64,000 nt of DNA from Rhizaria sp. SCN 62-66 (taxonomy: Eukaryota). Location: assembly GCA_001724265.1 (NCBI GenBank), contig MEDY01000067.1, forward strand, positions 1 through 64,000, in the 5' to 3' direction. Positions within the stretch are counted from its first letter, which is position 1, and each line of letters opens with the position of its first letter. Both the position numbers and the translations under genes were made by a program. The notes beneath the pieces are model-generated. The model was given only the letters and a program-made list of their open reading frames with translations, had not been told where the DNA came from and did no database searches. Below are positions 50,801 through 61,086 of the stretch, piece by piece.

Positions 50801-53800
50801 CGACCGCGTGATTGTGTGCACGCATGAGCCCACGTGGCTGCTGGCGTGGTACGAGGGCGCCTCGGAGCCGCGCTCGCTGCTCGAGCTCATCGAAGCCAAG
50901 CTCCGCGGCCGCTGCGTCATGCGAGTTGCTGGCGACGTGCACCACTACTGCCGCCACTCGGCTGCCGTCGCCGACCTTGCCGAAGAGCGCAAGGACGCCG
51001 CCGCCGCGCTGCTCGAGGCCACCGGCGCGCTTCCGCCGCTGCCCAGCGCCACGGCCGGCGCGACCGCTGTGGCGGCGGCGGCGGCGGCGGCGTTTCCTGA
51101 TCCCACAAGCCCGCTGTCGCAGGCGCGGGCCGTGGCCGCCGACTCCAAGACCGGCGCTGCGGGGCTCAACAAGCCCCTGCGCGGCGCACGCACGGCTGCT
51201 GCTGCCACCGCGGCCGCGGAGGCCGAGAGCGCGCGCGCGCGCAAGCTGGCGGATCGCGAGGCCGCGGCGGGCATGACGTTCCGCGGGTGGCTGCGGCGGC
51301 TGTGGCGCGCGGCCACGCTGCGTGGCTGGGGCGAGACTGACGTGCTCGAGACCGTGGGCGCGGTCGCCGACGCCGAGGCCGAGGCTGACGCGGTCGCTGG
51401 CGCCAACGGCCTCGGCGACGACGACGCTGACGGCGACGGCGACGGCGAGACGTCGCCGCTCGCTAACGCGACCATCACCAGCGAAGACGACGACAACGAT
51501 GAGGCCGACGCCGACGCGGGCTTCACACCCGTGAACCCCAAGAGCCCGACCGCGCCGCAGCAGCTGCAGCAGCAGCAGCAGCAGCAGCAGCAGAGCAAGC
51601 CGGCGCAGAGTCAAGAGGAGGCGCGCCGCGAGCGCGAGCGCACTCAGCTGCGCGGTCTGACCGGCCCCCGCCACTTAATCGTCTCAGGCGGTGGCGGCGC
51701 GTTCCTGCACCCGACGCACCCGTTCTCCGCGCCCCTGCGCGGCTACAACGGGCGCGTCTACCCGCACGCCCGGTCCTACCCGTCGGCCGAGGTGTCTCGC
51801 AAGATCACCTTCGGCAACCTCATCAAATTCCGAAAGAAGAACTGGCGCTTCGACGTGCTCGGTGGCGTCATGTACTTCGTGCTCATTATCTCCGTGCTGC
51901 CGCTGTGCGGGCTGTCGGACTACCTGCACGCGCCGCCGCTGTCGTTCATCCCCACATTCTCGGCCTCGGTGCTGACGTCGGCGACGTCGACTGCGCTCAA
52001 GCACTCGCTCAGCGTCATCAAGACCTTCACCACCGAGGCGCCCAACGCCGCCGCCGCCGCTGCGGCCGCGAGCCCGGCTGGCGTTGCTGGAAGTGGCATG
52101 CCGCCGCTGATGGCCACGCCCGCGTCCACTGCGTCGTCGGCCCCCACTGTGGGTGCGAACGAGGTCCCGGAGATGCCGACGTACATGTCCATGCTCAACG
52201 CCTCCTGCCCCGCGTTCCCCCCGTTCCTCTTCTCGCCGGGCCCGCACGCCGACGCAGCAGTCGCGAACGCGGAGATTGGCAACAGTGGGTTTGGCGTGGC
52301 CGCGTCGGCGCTCGCACTACAGCGCACGTCCCCGCTCTCTCTGGTCCCCGCGCCGTCCCCGGCCGTGCCTGCGTGGGCCCTGCTTGCGCCCCCGCTGACC
52401 TTGTTGTACTACGTGATCCTGCTGTGCGCGCGCCACGTCACCGTCGTTGTCGCCATCGTCGCCTCCATGGTCGTCAACGGCGGCGCGTCGCTCATCGCGC
52501 TCGCGTTCTTTTCCGTCATCATCTTCTGCTTCTGCCCCTCGTCGCTGCCGTGGCGCCGCCGCGCGCCGCTGGCGGCCGCGCACTTGCTGTTGCACGTGTT
52601 CTTCGCGATCACGCTGGCCATGATCTTCGAGGTCGCGCTCGAGGTCTCGGCCAAGGCTGGCCTCGTCGGCAAGGCAGGGCTGCACGCGCTGTACGCCGCG
52701 TACGCGGAGCAGGAAGCGATGCACTTCCCCGACCCTAACGACATCCGCGGCACCATCGCCTCGCTCACGTTCGGACTCTACCCGGCGTGCATCCGCTGGG
52801 CCATGACACTCTTCGACGTGCTCGAGTACTCGGCCTTCTTTCGCGCGCAGGTCTGCCAGGCGTGCGGCAACTTCGCGTCCTTTTCGAGCCTTGCGACGTT
52901 GGCGTACTACGCGTCATTCTTCGTCTACTTCTGGGTTCTCGTCACGCCCGTCTTCGCTTTCATCATCGGCTGTTACCTATACGTCGCGCTTAATTACTGC
53001 AACGTGCACTGGGACGAAGGTTTCTCGTCGCTGCGCATCTCGCACTTCAAATCCTTCCTGCGCTGCCGCATCACACCGCAAGGCGACCTGCACGTTTTCT
53101 GCGTCGGCATTGACCGCGTGCCCAAGCTTTGGCGCCCCGAGCCGCGCTGGCGCCTGCTGCCGCGCCAGATTGCCGCCATCTTCTCGCGCCGCGCCACCGC
53201 CGCCGCAGCAGCAGCAGCCGCGGCCGCGGGGCGCGGGCAGGCAGGCGCCGGCAGCGGCGCTGGCGGCAGCTGCCCCGTTGCGGCCGCCTCCGCCGTCGTC
53301 GCCGCGCAGGCGCAGGCCAAGGCCAAGGCGAGCCGGCTGCAGCAGCTGCGCGTGATGGCCTCGCGCTTCATCGACGTCACCTCCACGGTTACCGTCAAGG
53401 CGCTGGGCGCGATTGCGGGCGTGGCCGTCGCGCCGCGCCGCTCGCCCGCCGCGGCCAGCGCAGCAGCAGCCGCAGCCGCAGCCGCCGCGGCGACCGCAGC
53501 AAGAGCCGCGGCGCAGCAAGAGCCGCAGAGCGCTGAGGCCGCGCGCGCCGAGGCCGCGGCTGCCGCGGTGGACGCGCTGGCGCTATCAAGCCTGTTCGAC
53601 GACGCGCACCTGCTGGCGCACCCCGAGTGGGGCGCCAGCGACGCGGCCTGGTTGCGGCTCAGCTTCCGCGACGCGCACCCGTCGCGCTGGCGGCCTGATG
53701 AGCTGTTCCGCCCGCGCATCGTCGACTACTTCTGCGTGCGCGCCGCGGACCTGCCCTCGTCACAGGGCACTGCCGCGGCCGCGCTCTCGCAGGGACAGCA

Positions 53801-53834
53801 ACAGGCGCCACAGAGGTTCACGGCTGCTAAGTGA
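41832..53834 (+). CDS. Multi-pass membrane calcineurin-like metallophosphoesterase (~4000 aa), one in-frame TAG at 46353
   Basis: ORFs 41832-46355 and 46407-53834 are in the same frame, separated only by TAG. Metallophosphoesterase motifs: FADTGDGG (48042), IGGDMAYP (50391), PGNHDWFDG (50577), THEP, AGDVHHY, VSGGGGAFLHPTH. Hydrophobic TM-like blocks flank the catalytic part. Ends at TGA. Confidence 0.9.
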
Positions 53835-54357
53835 AGCAATTCTGTGAGATATTGTATATGGAGTCCGCAATTATTGGCTCCAATTTACTCTGATTGATTT
53901 ATGATAGCTCTGTTTTCTTTAAAATACACGATATTATTTGCTATAACACATCAATAACACTGAAACGTATCATGACTGTAAGTTTAATGAAGCGTACTAA
54001 CTGAGAATGATGACTATAGATTCAAAAAGATGTCAACATGTTCATCTCAAAGTGTTTGTGTCTTCAATGGCAATGTACTTTATGTTACTTAATTTTGGTT
54101 GAAAATATTTCACACTTGCAGATTTTAGCACGACTAAAGTTAATTCAAATAAAGTGTTCAGAAAACAAGATGAAGTGAACATTGGAATGTGCTATGTATG
54201 AAAACGAGTGTTTCTTCTTAATGTGTCACTCTGACGTCGCGCTACATGAGCTTCGACTCGTATCTGTTTATAAAGTTACTAAAATCCCGCAAACTGCGGC
54301 GATAGGGTGTTATATGTGGCATTTTTTCACTGATAAAGTGAATGTGACGCGCTGCAT

Positions 54358-55350
54358 TTACGCGAACATGTCCTCGAGCTCGTCCTCCTTGAGGGGGTTC
54401 TCCTCAATGTGGGCAGCGCGGGCGCGCTTGGCACGCTCGCGGACGACCATGGTGTCCTGCGAGCGGCGCTTGAGCAGCGCGCGCTTGATGTTGGGCGACA
54501 CGTAGTCGGGGTTCTCCCAGAGAACGGCGCCGCGGAAGGAGCCGGCGAAGATCTTGACGGGGGTCAGCACAAAGCGGGGGCCAATCTCCACCAGCACGGG
54601 CTCACCCTCCTTCTCCGTGCCGTGGTTGGCGTCATAGGCGATCTGGTAGTTGCGGAACCAGATGCGGCCGTTGATGAAGAAGAAAGAGAAGATGTGGTCC
54701 ACGAAGGGCTTCGTCTTGGGGTGGCCCTTGGGGGACGCGAAGCACTGCGACAGTAACTCGCGCATCAGCACAGAGTGCGGGGCGTCCGCAAACGAGCGGT
54801 CGAAGTGCATCACGGGGCGGGAGCCCTTGAGGCAGTTACCGGTAAGCTTAACCTCGGACATGGTGTGGATGTTCTGCACCAGGAACTTGATCGACGGGCC
54901 CGTGGGCGCGCGCGCGGCCCACATGTACAGGTCCTTGAACTTGCGCGCCTCGAAGAACAGGCAGTTGTTGCAGTTCTTCATGTCGGCAACGTCGTTCACC
55001 TCCTCCATGTTGTCTGTGAGAGAGGAGCAGCAGAGAGCGTGGGTGGAAAGAAAGGTCGCAAAGCAGAGGAAGTGAGATTTAGAAAGGATGCTGGAGAGTG
55101 CATAGAGCAAGAATACATATTAGAAATACAGCAGAAAGATAATATAGTATATGAAAAACGTACTCTTGCCATCGAACTTAGAGTCCTTGCGGCTGTGGGG
55201 GAGAAGGTCGCGGATATCCGTCAGCAGGTGGCGGTCGCGGTGCACAATGCCACGGGAGGCGAAAACAAGAGTGCGCTGCTTGTTCAGATAGTTGCCCACG
55301 TCCTTGTGGGCCTCACGGGCCTCCTTAGTGGCTTGAATACGCTTGAACAT
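54358..55350 (-). CDS. BRX1: Ribosome biogenesis protein BRX1/BRIX1 (Brix domain), 280 aa; exons 55350-55164 and 55013-54358
   Basis: Contains NKQRTLVFASRGI..RHLL.D...LLPHSRKDSK, KNCNNCLFFEARK, PTGPSIKF.VQNIHT..E.KLTGNCLKGSRP, KPFVDH, IWFRNYQI and LVEIGPRFVL..KIF.GSF.G..LWENP.YVSPN. Ends at TAA. Confidence 0.97.
55014..55163 (-). other. Spliceosomal intron, 150 nt, phase 1
   Basis: GTACGT...CTCACAG. Splicing joins the two BRX1 ORFs in frame (FDGK-N-NMEEVN). Confidence 0.92.
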
Positions 55351-55508
55351 TGCCTCAGATTATTGAATCAACGGTCAATCACACCCTATATTCAACATTT
55401 GCGAAACGTCCTCTGGGCCGGCCCAGTCGGTCGAACTCGCTTGAGTTTGGATCGGATGGGTTCGTGAAAATTAAAAGGAATTCCGTCCCGCTTAGAAATG
55501 GTCGGTCA

Positions 55509-55527
55509 ACGAAAAGGAGGAATCTGT
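55509..55527 (-). promoter_or_regulatory. Shared upstream motif ACAGATTCCTCCTTTTCGT
   Basis: It starts 177 nt upstream of the BRX1 ATG on the sense strand. It matches 41678-41696 and partly 178-167 upstream of beta-tubulin. Confidence 0.45.
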
Positions 55528-55741
55528 TCGAGGTCATTGTGGACTCTACATAGGGTGTTATGATACTGCCGTATTTATTTGTGACTCTACATAGTTCTTT
55601 GTTTTCTATATTTAACCCACATATCGCCTGACGGTTGTTTGTCCTCTGTTCAGCCTCTGGAAGATCTCACCTCATGCCTCCTCGTTTACCCTCTTTTTGC
55701 CCCTTGCTTGTTGCCTTTTCCCCACAGTGTAGCCGCATAAA

Positions 55742-56566
55742 ATGGCTCGCCAATTCCTTTTGGTGATTCTTTCTGTGGTCGCGATGCTCGCGGTTGGCGC
55801 TCTGGCCAACGTCGAGTACGCTGAGGCCGAGCTCGTCGAGACGGGCTCGCTGCTCGACCTCGCCAACCTCGAGGAGCCCGCCGTGGCTGCCCTCGTCGAG
55901 ATCGGTACCGAGCTCGAGGCTGAGGCCGAGGCCGAGGCCGAGGCTGAGGCTGATGCTGAGCTTGATCTCGAGGCTGAGGCTGAGGCCGATGCCGAGCTCG
56001 ACGCCGAGATGGACGCTGAGCTTGATGCTGAGCTCGACGCTGAGGCTGACGCCGAGGCTGACTTTGACGCTGACGCTGACGCCGACGCCGAGGTTGACGT
56101 CGCCGCCGAGGCCGAGGCCAGTACGGAGACCGAGGTCGACGCCGAGGCCAACGCCGACGCCGAGGCCCAGGCTGAGATCTTCATCGCGGGCCAGGTCGAC
56201 GTCGACATCGATGCCGAGGTCGAGGCCGAGATTGAGGCCGACATGGAGGCCGTCGCCGAGGCCCAGGTTGACGCTGAGGCTGAGGCCGAGGCTGGCGTTG
56301 ATGCTGAGGCCGAGACCGAGGTCGACGCTGAGGCCGAGGCCGAGTCTGAGGAGCCTTCTTTCCTCGAGTCCGAGATGTACCCCGACCGCCTCCCCGCGTT
56401 CAATCCCTACGCGGGCTACTCGGACGCCGACTCCCCGATCCAGAACGTCGCACTCGAGCCCACGTACCCGCGCACGCTGCCCTTTGCCACGCACCCCAAC
56501 CCCATCGCTGTGGCCACCGCCGCGCCCGCGCCCGCCGTGCCCGCCGCCGCCCCCATCAAGGTTTAA
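55742..56566 (+). CDS. Secreted highly acidic (E/D)A-repeat protein, 274 aa
   Basis: Signal-peptide-like N-terminus [22 protein letters not shown], then about 185 aa of EA/DA repeats and a Pro/Tyr-rich C-terminus. Strongly biased codons (GAG, GCC, GCT, GAC). AAAATG start context, TAA stop. Confidence 0.88.
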   Translation: MARQFLLVILSVVAMLAVGALANVEYAEAELVETGSLLDLANLEEPAVAALVEIGTELEAEAEAEAEAEADAELDLEAEAEADAELDAEMDAELDAELDAEADAEADFDADADADAEVDVAAEAEASTETEVDAEANADAEAQAEIFIAGQVDVDIDAEVEAEIEADMEAVAEAQVDAEAEAEAGVDAEAETEVDAEAEAESEEPSFLESEMYPDRLPAFNPYAGYSDADSPIQNVALEPTYPRTLPFATHPNPIAVATAAPAPAVPAAAPIKV

Positions 56567-57515
56567 GCAATCAAGCGAACGAACGAGCGAGAGAGCATCG
56601 ATCTCTGCGAAGCGACCCAGTGACATGGTCACCGAAACGCGACGCGTCGTGCGATGGTAAGTGTGGATTGGAAGTGTGAATGGAGGATGACAACGACGGA
56701 CTGAGTGTCCGACTGTGAAAGCACAGTTGACGAAATGAGATTATGATGATGGGACGTGTGAGATGACAACGACGGCTTACGCTTGCGTATGTGCTCGTCT
56801 GTGCTTGCACGAGCACTTTGTATACAAAAGATATTCTCATACTCTGCGCTTTGGAATCGTTTTATCCTGACCACTGTGATCTCTTTCCTGAAATCATCCT
56901 ATGAAATGTATGCTGTATGCTGAACTGCATTGACATGAGAACTATATTTTAAGACATCTGAAAAGCATCGTTATAATAGCAATACAGGTCGAGTTAAAGA
57001 AAGTGACTTTGTATTCTGCCTGTCTCTCGCTGCGCACCCACCTCTGGGCAGCGAACCGCGGGCCGGGATAAAGATAAACGTATAGATTAGCTTAGTTTAG
57101 AAGTTGTTGTGTTTTTTTGTTCTTAATGGTGATGATGTTTTGCTCAATAGATATAATAATTTGCGAAATCTTCGCCAACTCGCTCGCTTGTCGCACTTAG
57201 CTCCACATAAACACGCACTTGCATGACACGATAGAACGGCTTGCAGCTCCTTGTTACACGATGCACTGCTGTCCCTGTTGGTCCGATGACTGCTGGATTG
57301 CTGCTGACGCACTTGCTAATGCTGTAACTGTGCCCCGTAATAATATTAATAACAGGTGGGACACATCAAAGCATAGCAGTGAAGCACTATCGCATCCCTC
57401 CGTCACCCCGCCTTCTTTATGATAGCGCGGACGGGTGCATGTTTGTACCTCCACAATCTTGTATCATGCGTGCATGCGTGCATGCGTGTCATGTGTGCGT
57501 TGTCAGTATGCGCGT

Positions 57516-58049
57516 TTACTGGCTGGGCGCAGGGACGGCGCCGGGGGTGCCAGCCTTGGCGGCAAAGTTCTCGAACGGCGGGAACTTGAAGGGCTCACTG
57601 AGACGAACCACGGCCTTCTTCCAGTCGGGACGCAGGTAGTAGAAGCCGAGCTTGTTGAGGCGCGTCTTGCCGATGAAGATGGACGTCTGCACGCGCATCA
57701 CGGGCGTGCGGTAGATCTCCTCAATGTAGTCCTTGATCTGCAGCTTGTTGAAGTTGATCGGAACGCGGAACACCACCTCGGTCGGGCGCATGGGCTTCGC
57801 GGGGCGCAGCATCATCATCGTCGTGCTGGGCAGCTTGATGCCCTTGAGCGCCGCGGTGTCCGCCAGACGGTTCGCCTGGCCCATGGTGCGCGCGTATTTA
57901 TGCGTCTTGCCGTAGGTCGCCTCGAGCGCCTTGGACTGGCGTGAGTCGGGCTGCGGCGTGCCGGCAGTGAAGCCGTTCTTGAAGCGGAGCCCGATCTTGG
58001 TGAGCTGCGCGGGCACGAGCTTGCGCACGGCCTGGGTCTGGTAAGACAT
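57516..58049 (-). CDS. MRPL23: Mitochondrial ribosomal protein uL23m (L23 family), ~177 aa
   Basis: EVVFRVPINFNKLQIKDYIEEIYRTPVMRVQTSIFIGK...RPDWKKAVVRLSEPFKFP is the bacterial/mitochondrial-type L23 domain. Basic N-terminal extension. The ATG at 58049 follows a polypyrimidine-CAG. TAA stop. Confidence 0.88.
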   Translation of the reverse strand: MSYQTQAVRKLVPAQLTKIGLRFKNGFTAGTPQPDSRQSKALEATYGKTHKYARTMGQANRLADTAALKGIKLPSTTMMMLRPAKPMRPTEVVFRVPINFNKLQIKDYIEEIYRTPVMRVQTSIFIGKTRLNKLGFYYLRPDWKKAVVRLSEPFKFPPFENFAAKAGTPGAVPAPSQ

Positions 58050-58526
58050 GCCTGTGGGGGGACAACGCGGCAAGCGGGTTGTTGTCGGCGCAGAGGAGCG
58101 AAGGGAAGCAGAAGGCAATAGAGAAGAAAGGCATAGAAGGCGAAAGTGAGTGCAACGACAGGCAGCTGAGAGAGGTCAATACAGGACAGGGCGTGGTTGC
58201 GCAAGAATGTAAAAAGTACATATGAATTTCCACGTCACATTGATTTTGTAAAATGCTATAGAATTTCTATTGGATACCACTATTATGTCCTGGGACAATC
58301 GAGAAATGCACTCCGCAAACAAATTCCTTTTCGACCAGTCCGACTTTTTCGGCCCTGCTGGCTTTGTGTCCATCCACATCACAGCATTTTCCAGTGCGCT
58401 CTGCTGATTTCTGTTGTCAAGTCAACGTATAATTGCACGTCGGTATACTTTCGATTGTATACAGCTCTGTGCTTTATCCGCAGCTCTATTAACGGTTGTC
58501 TGGCACTTATACCACCCTTCACATCA

Positions 58527-60651
58527 ATGCTGAGCCGAGCTCTCAGCCGGTCTGTAGGCGCTGCAGTGGCCCCCTCGCCGGCGCGACAGCTATTGTCGGT
58601 GCCATTGCGTTTCTTATCGGCTGATAAGACCGAACGCCAGCGCAAGAAGCGTCCGATGCAGCCCGTGCTGTCCTCAGCGCTGCCGCTGCTGCCGCGGCAG
58701 GAGCTGGTAGTCCGTCAAGTGCCGGCCACCTCCACCAAGCTGCGGCTGCGGCTGCGCGCGCCGACGCTGAGCGAGCCCAACGCGTTTGTGGTGACGCCCG
58801 CGCGCGTGGGCGAGAACCCATGGTACTTCGACGACGACCCTGACGCTGACGCAGTCGCGGACTCGGGCATCCGCAGGGCCAAACCCAAACGCGGCGCCAA
58901 TGTTGCGGCGGCCGACGGCGCTGACGGGGCCAGCAAGGATGAGATCGACACCGACGCCTTCTCCGTTGATAACGGCAGTCGGCGCAAGGGCGGCCGTGGC
59001 GCCACTGCGGCCGCCGGCACTGGGGCTGATAATGAGCACGCGCAGGCGCAGGCCGCTGTTGCCGCCGCAGCTGCCGCAGCACGCAACTTACAAGGTACGA
59101 TACCTCACTAATCTTCCGTGCTTCAAACTCGATTTGCACTGCTGTTGCATGCAACTGCTTGTTTGTCATTTGGCCTTTGCTAATTTTACTGTCTATTCAC
59201 TCAGCCTCATGGATCCACATTGCTCTCTGCTGTTTCCATGACTCTTGCTTCCCACAGAGACCTACGAGGCAATGCCCCTGGCCGTCCTGCTCGCTAAGGC
59301 CGCCGGCGGCGACGCCGTGGCGCAGCGCACGGCGGGCATTCACTACCTGTCGCACGAGACGCTGCTGCCCGACGGCCAGCGCGCGCTCGCAGACCGGGAG
59401 GCGCGTTCGCGCGCCGGCGCGCTCACCGCGGCGGACAAGAAGGGGCTCACCGCGCTGAGCGGACTGCATCCCGACGCCGCCGAGGCCGAGGGCGCGCGCT
59501 GGCTCGCGCTGGGCGCGGAACAGGGCGACATCGAGGTGCGTCAACACTTTGACAAACAAAACCTAACTTGAACCGATCTCTATCTGATATACTCTCCTGC
59601 TCATTTTTCCTTCGTTCTTCTCTGTCTAATTATTTTTTTTACTGACACACAGAGCCACATCTACCTCGCAGCGCGCGCTGAGGAGCAGGTGTTATCTTCC
59701 CTCGAGCACGTGTTCCTCACGCACACCACCAACCCGCCCCCGCGCCCCTCCTACGACAACAGCCCCGCGAGCGCTAGTGACAGCAACAGCAACAGCAACA
59801 GCAACAGCGCTGCGAGTGGTAGGAACTCCGCGGACAGTGACGCGACCGAGGCGGCGCTGCGCGCCTGGTCCCCCGACCGGCCGGGCGTGCTGGCTGCGCT
59901 CGAGTGGGCCGCCGAGCTCCACGCCGCGGCCGCGCAGCTGCTGGCGGCCAAGCTCCGCGGCGTCCCGGTGGCCGCGCCGTGTCTCCGCACGGCCCCACCT
60001 GTGCCCGTGGGCGTGTGGTGCTACGAGCGCGCCGTGGAGCTGTCGCGGTCGCCGCAATGCTTCAACCAGTACGTTTCCTGGCTGTTGCAGCTCGACCGCG
60101 TCTGCCACGCAGCTGTTGACACTGACGGCGACAGGAGCGGCAACGACGACGCTCACAGCCACGATGCGAGTGCAAGGGCGAGTGTGAGTGGGGCTGCGAG
60201 CGCCAAGGCGGGCGACGACGAGGAGCGCGCTGCTTTAGCGGCCATGTCCCGTGTCCTCAAGGAAATGGTCTGCGGTCCCGAGCCTGAAGCAGAGGTCGCT
60301 GAAGGCGCCGGATACGCCGAGGAGCGTTTCATCGGGCTCCCGCGCTTCCCCGCCGACACGGGCCGCACCGTGTTCCTGGTCTATCTGGGCCACTACGCGC
60401 AGCGCGTGGCCGCGGGCGGCGCGCCGGGACTCATGGGCGACGCGTGCATGGTGCTGGCTGAGCTCGCGCGCGGCGGCGGCGGCGCTGACGGCGGCAAGGA
60501 CCCCGAGGCCGCGACGCTGGAGGCGGAGAGGTGGGAGGAGGTCGGCCGCCGCAACGGCGGGCTTAGCGTCGCGGAGCGGGCGCGCGAGCGCGTGCGTGCG
60601 CAGCAGGAAAACGAGTCCGGGGACGAACAGGACGATGAGGGCGAGAACTAA
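58527..60651 (+). CDS. Probable mitochondrion-targeted helical-repeat (Sel1-like) protein, ~614 aa; exons 58527-59094, 59258-59535, 59653-60651
   Basis: The N-terminus MLSRALSRSVGAAVAPSPARQLLSVPLRFLS resembles a presequence. Sel1-like fragments KAAGGDAVAQRTAGIHY and GARWLALGAEQGDIESHIYLA. Two AT-rich introns join three ORFs in frame. TAA stop. The product call is weaker than the gene model. Confidence 0.72.
59095..59257 (+). other. Spliceosomal intron, 163 nt, phase 1
   Basis: GTACGA...CTTCCCACAG. Splicing keeps the frame (NLQ-E-TYEAM). Confidence 0.85.
59536..59652 (+). other. Spliceosomal intron, 117 nt, phase 0
   Basis: GTGCGT...T-tract, CTGAC branch-like site, ACACAG. Splicing gives QGDIE-SHIYLA. 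Confidence 0.87.
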
Positions 60652-61086
60652 GTGTGTCGTCTCTCTGTTCGGTCAGAATTGGACCGCTTACTGCTCTTTT
60701 GTTTAAGTCAGACTGCGGCTCCCAGCTTGGATTAGGTCAGATGATATGCGTCGTCAAATTGTGATTTTGAAACATTTACAAAGTTAACATTATTTATTCG
60801 AAACGAAAATCAATCTAAAATTGTTATTTTATTGTGATTATATAGCAAAACACGCACAATAAAAACAATGCCATTTTTCTCTCTGTTGCTCACGATCACT
60901 TCAAGTTGACTTAAAGCGAACCGACCGCAGGAGAGGCACCCTTGACTAGGCCGGGAGCCTTGTGTCGATTGTGCTCAAACCCGACTCATATTTGTCCTCT
61001 GGACTTGTGCAAGCATTTTCAGCACAAACATTGAGGGTGCATCTCTTCAAGTCGTTAATTGCACTCCCTGTGCACGGTAGCCGGGG

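Noticed and set aside
5200-53850. Hundreds of overlapping antisense or alternate-frame ORFs (e.g. 24920-26566 +, 26149-27864 +, 39215-41092 +, 45561-47192 -)
   Set aside because: Expected shadows of very GC-rich, GCN-repeat coding DNA where stops are rare. They have no recognisable motifs and are not bounded by spacers.
55667-56660. Ser/Ala- or Leu/Gly-repeat ORFs overlapping the acidic protein
   Set aside because: They are other-frame readings of the GAG-GCY repeat. Only the 55742 frame has an ATG with a signal peptide and consistent codon bias.
57465-57513. (TGCA/TGCG)n alternating purine-pyrimidine tract after the uL23m stop
   Set aside because: Short degenerate microsatellite with no evidence of function.
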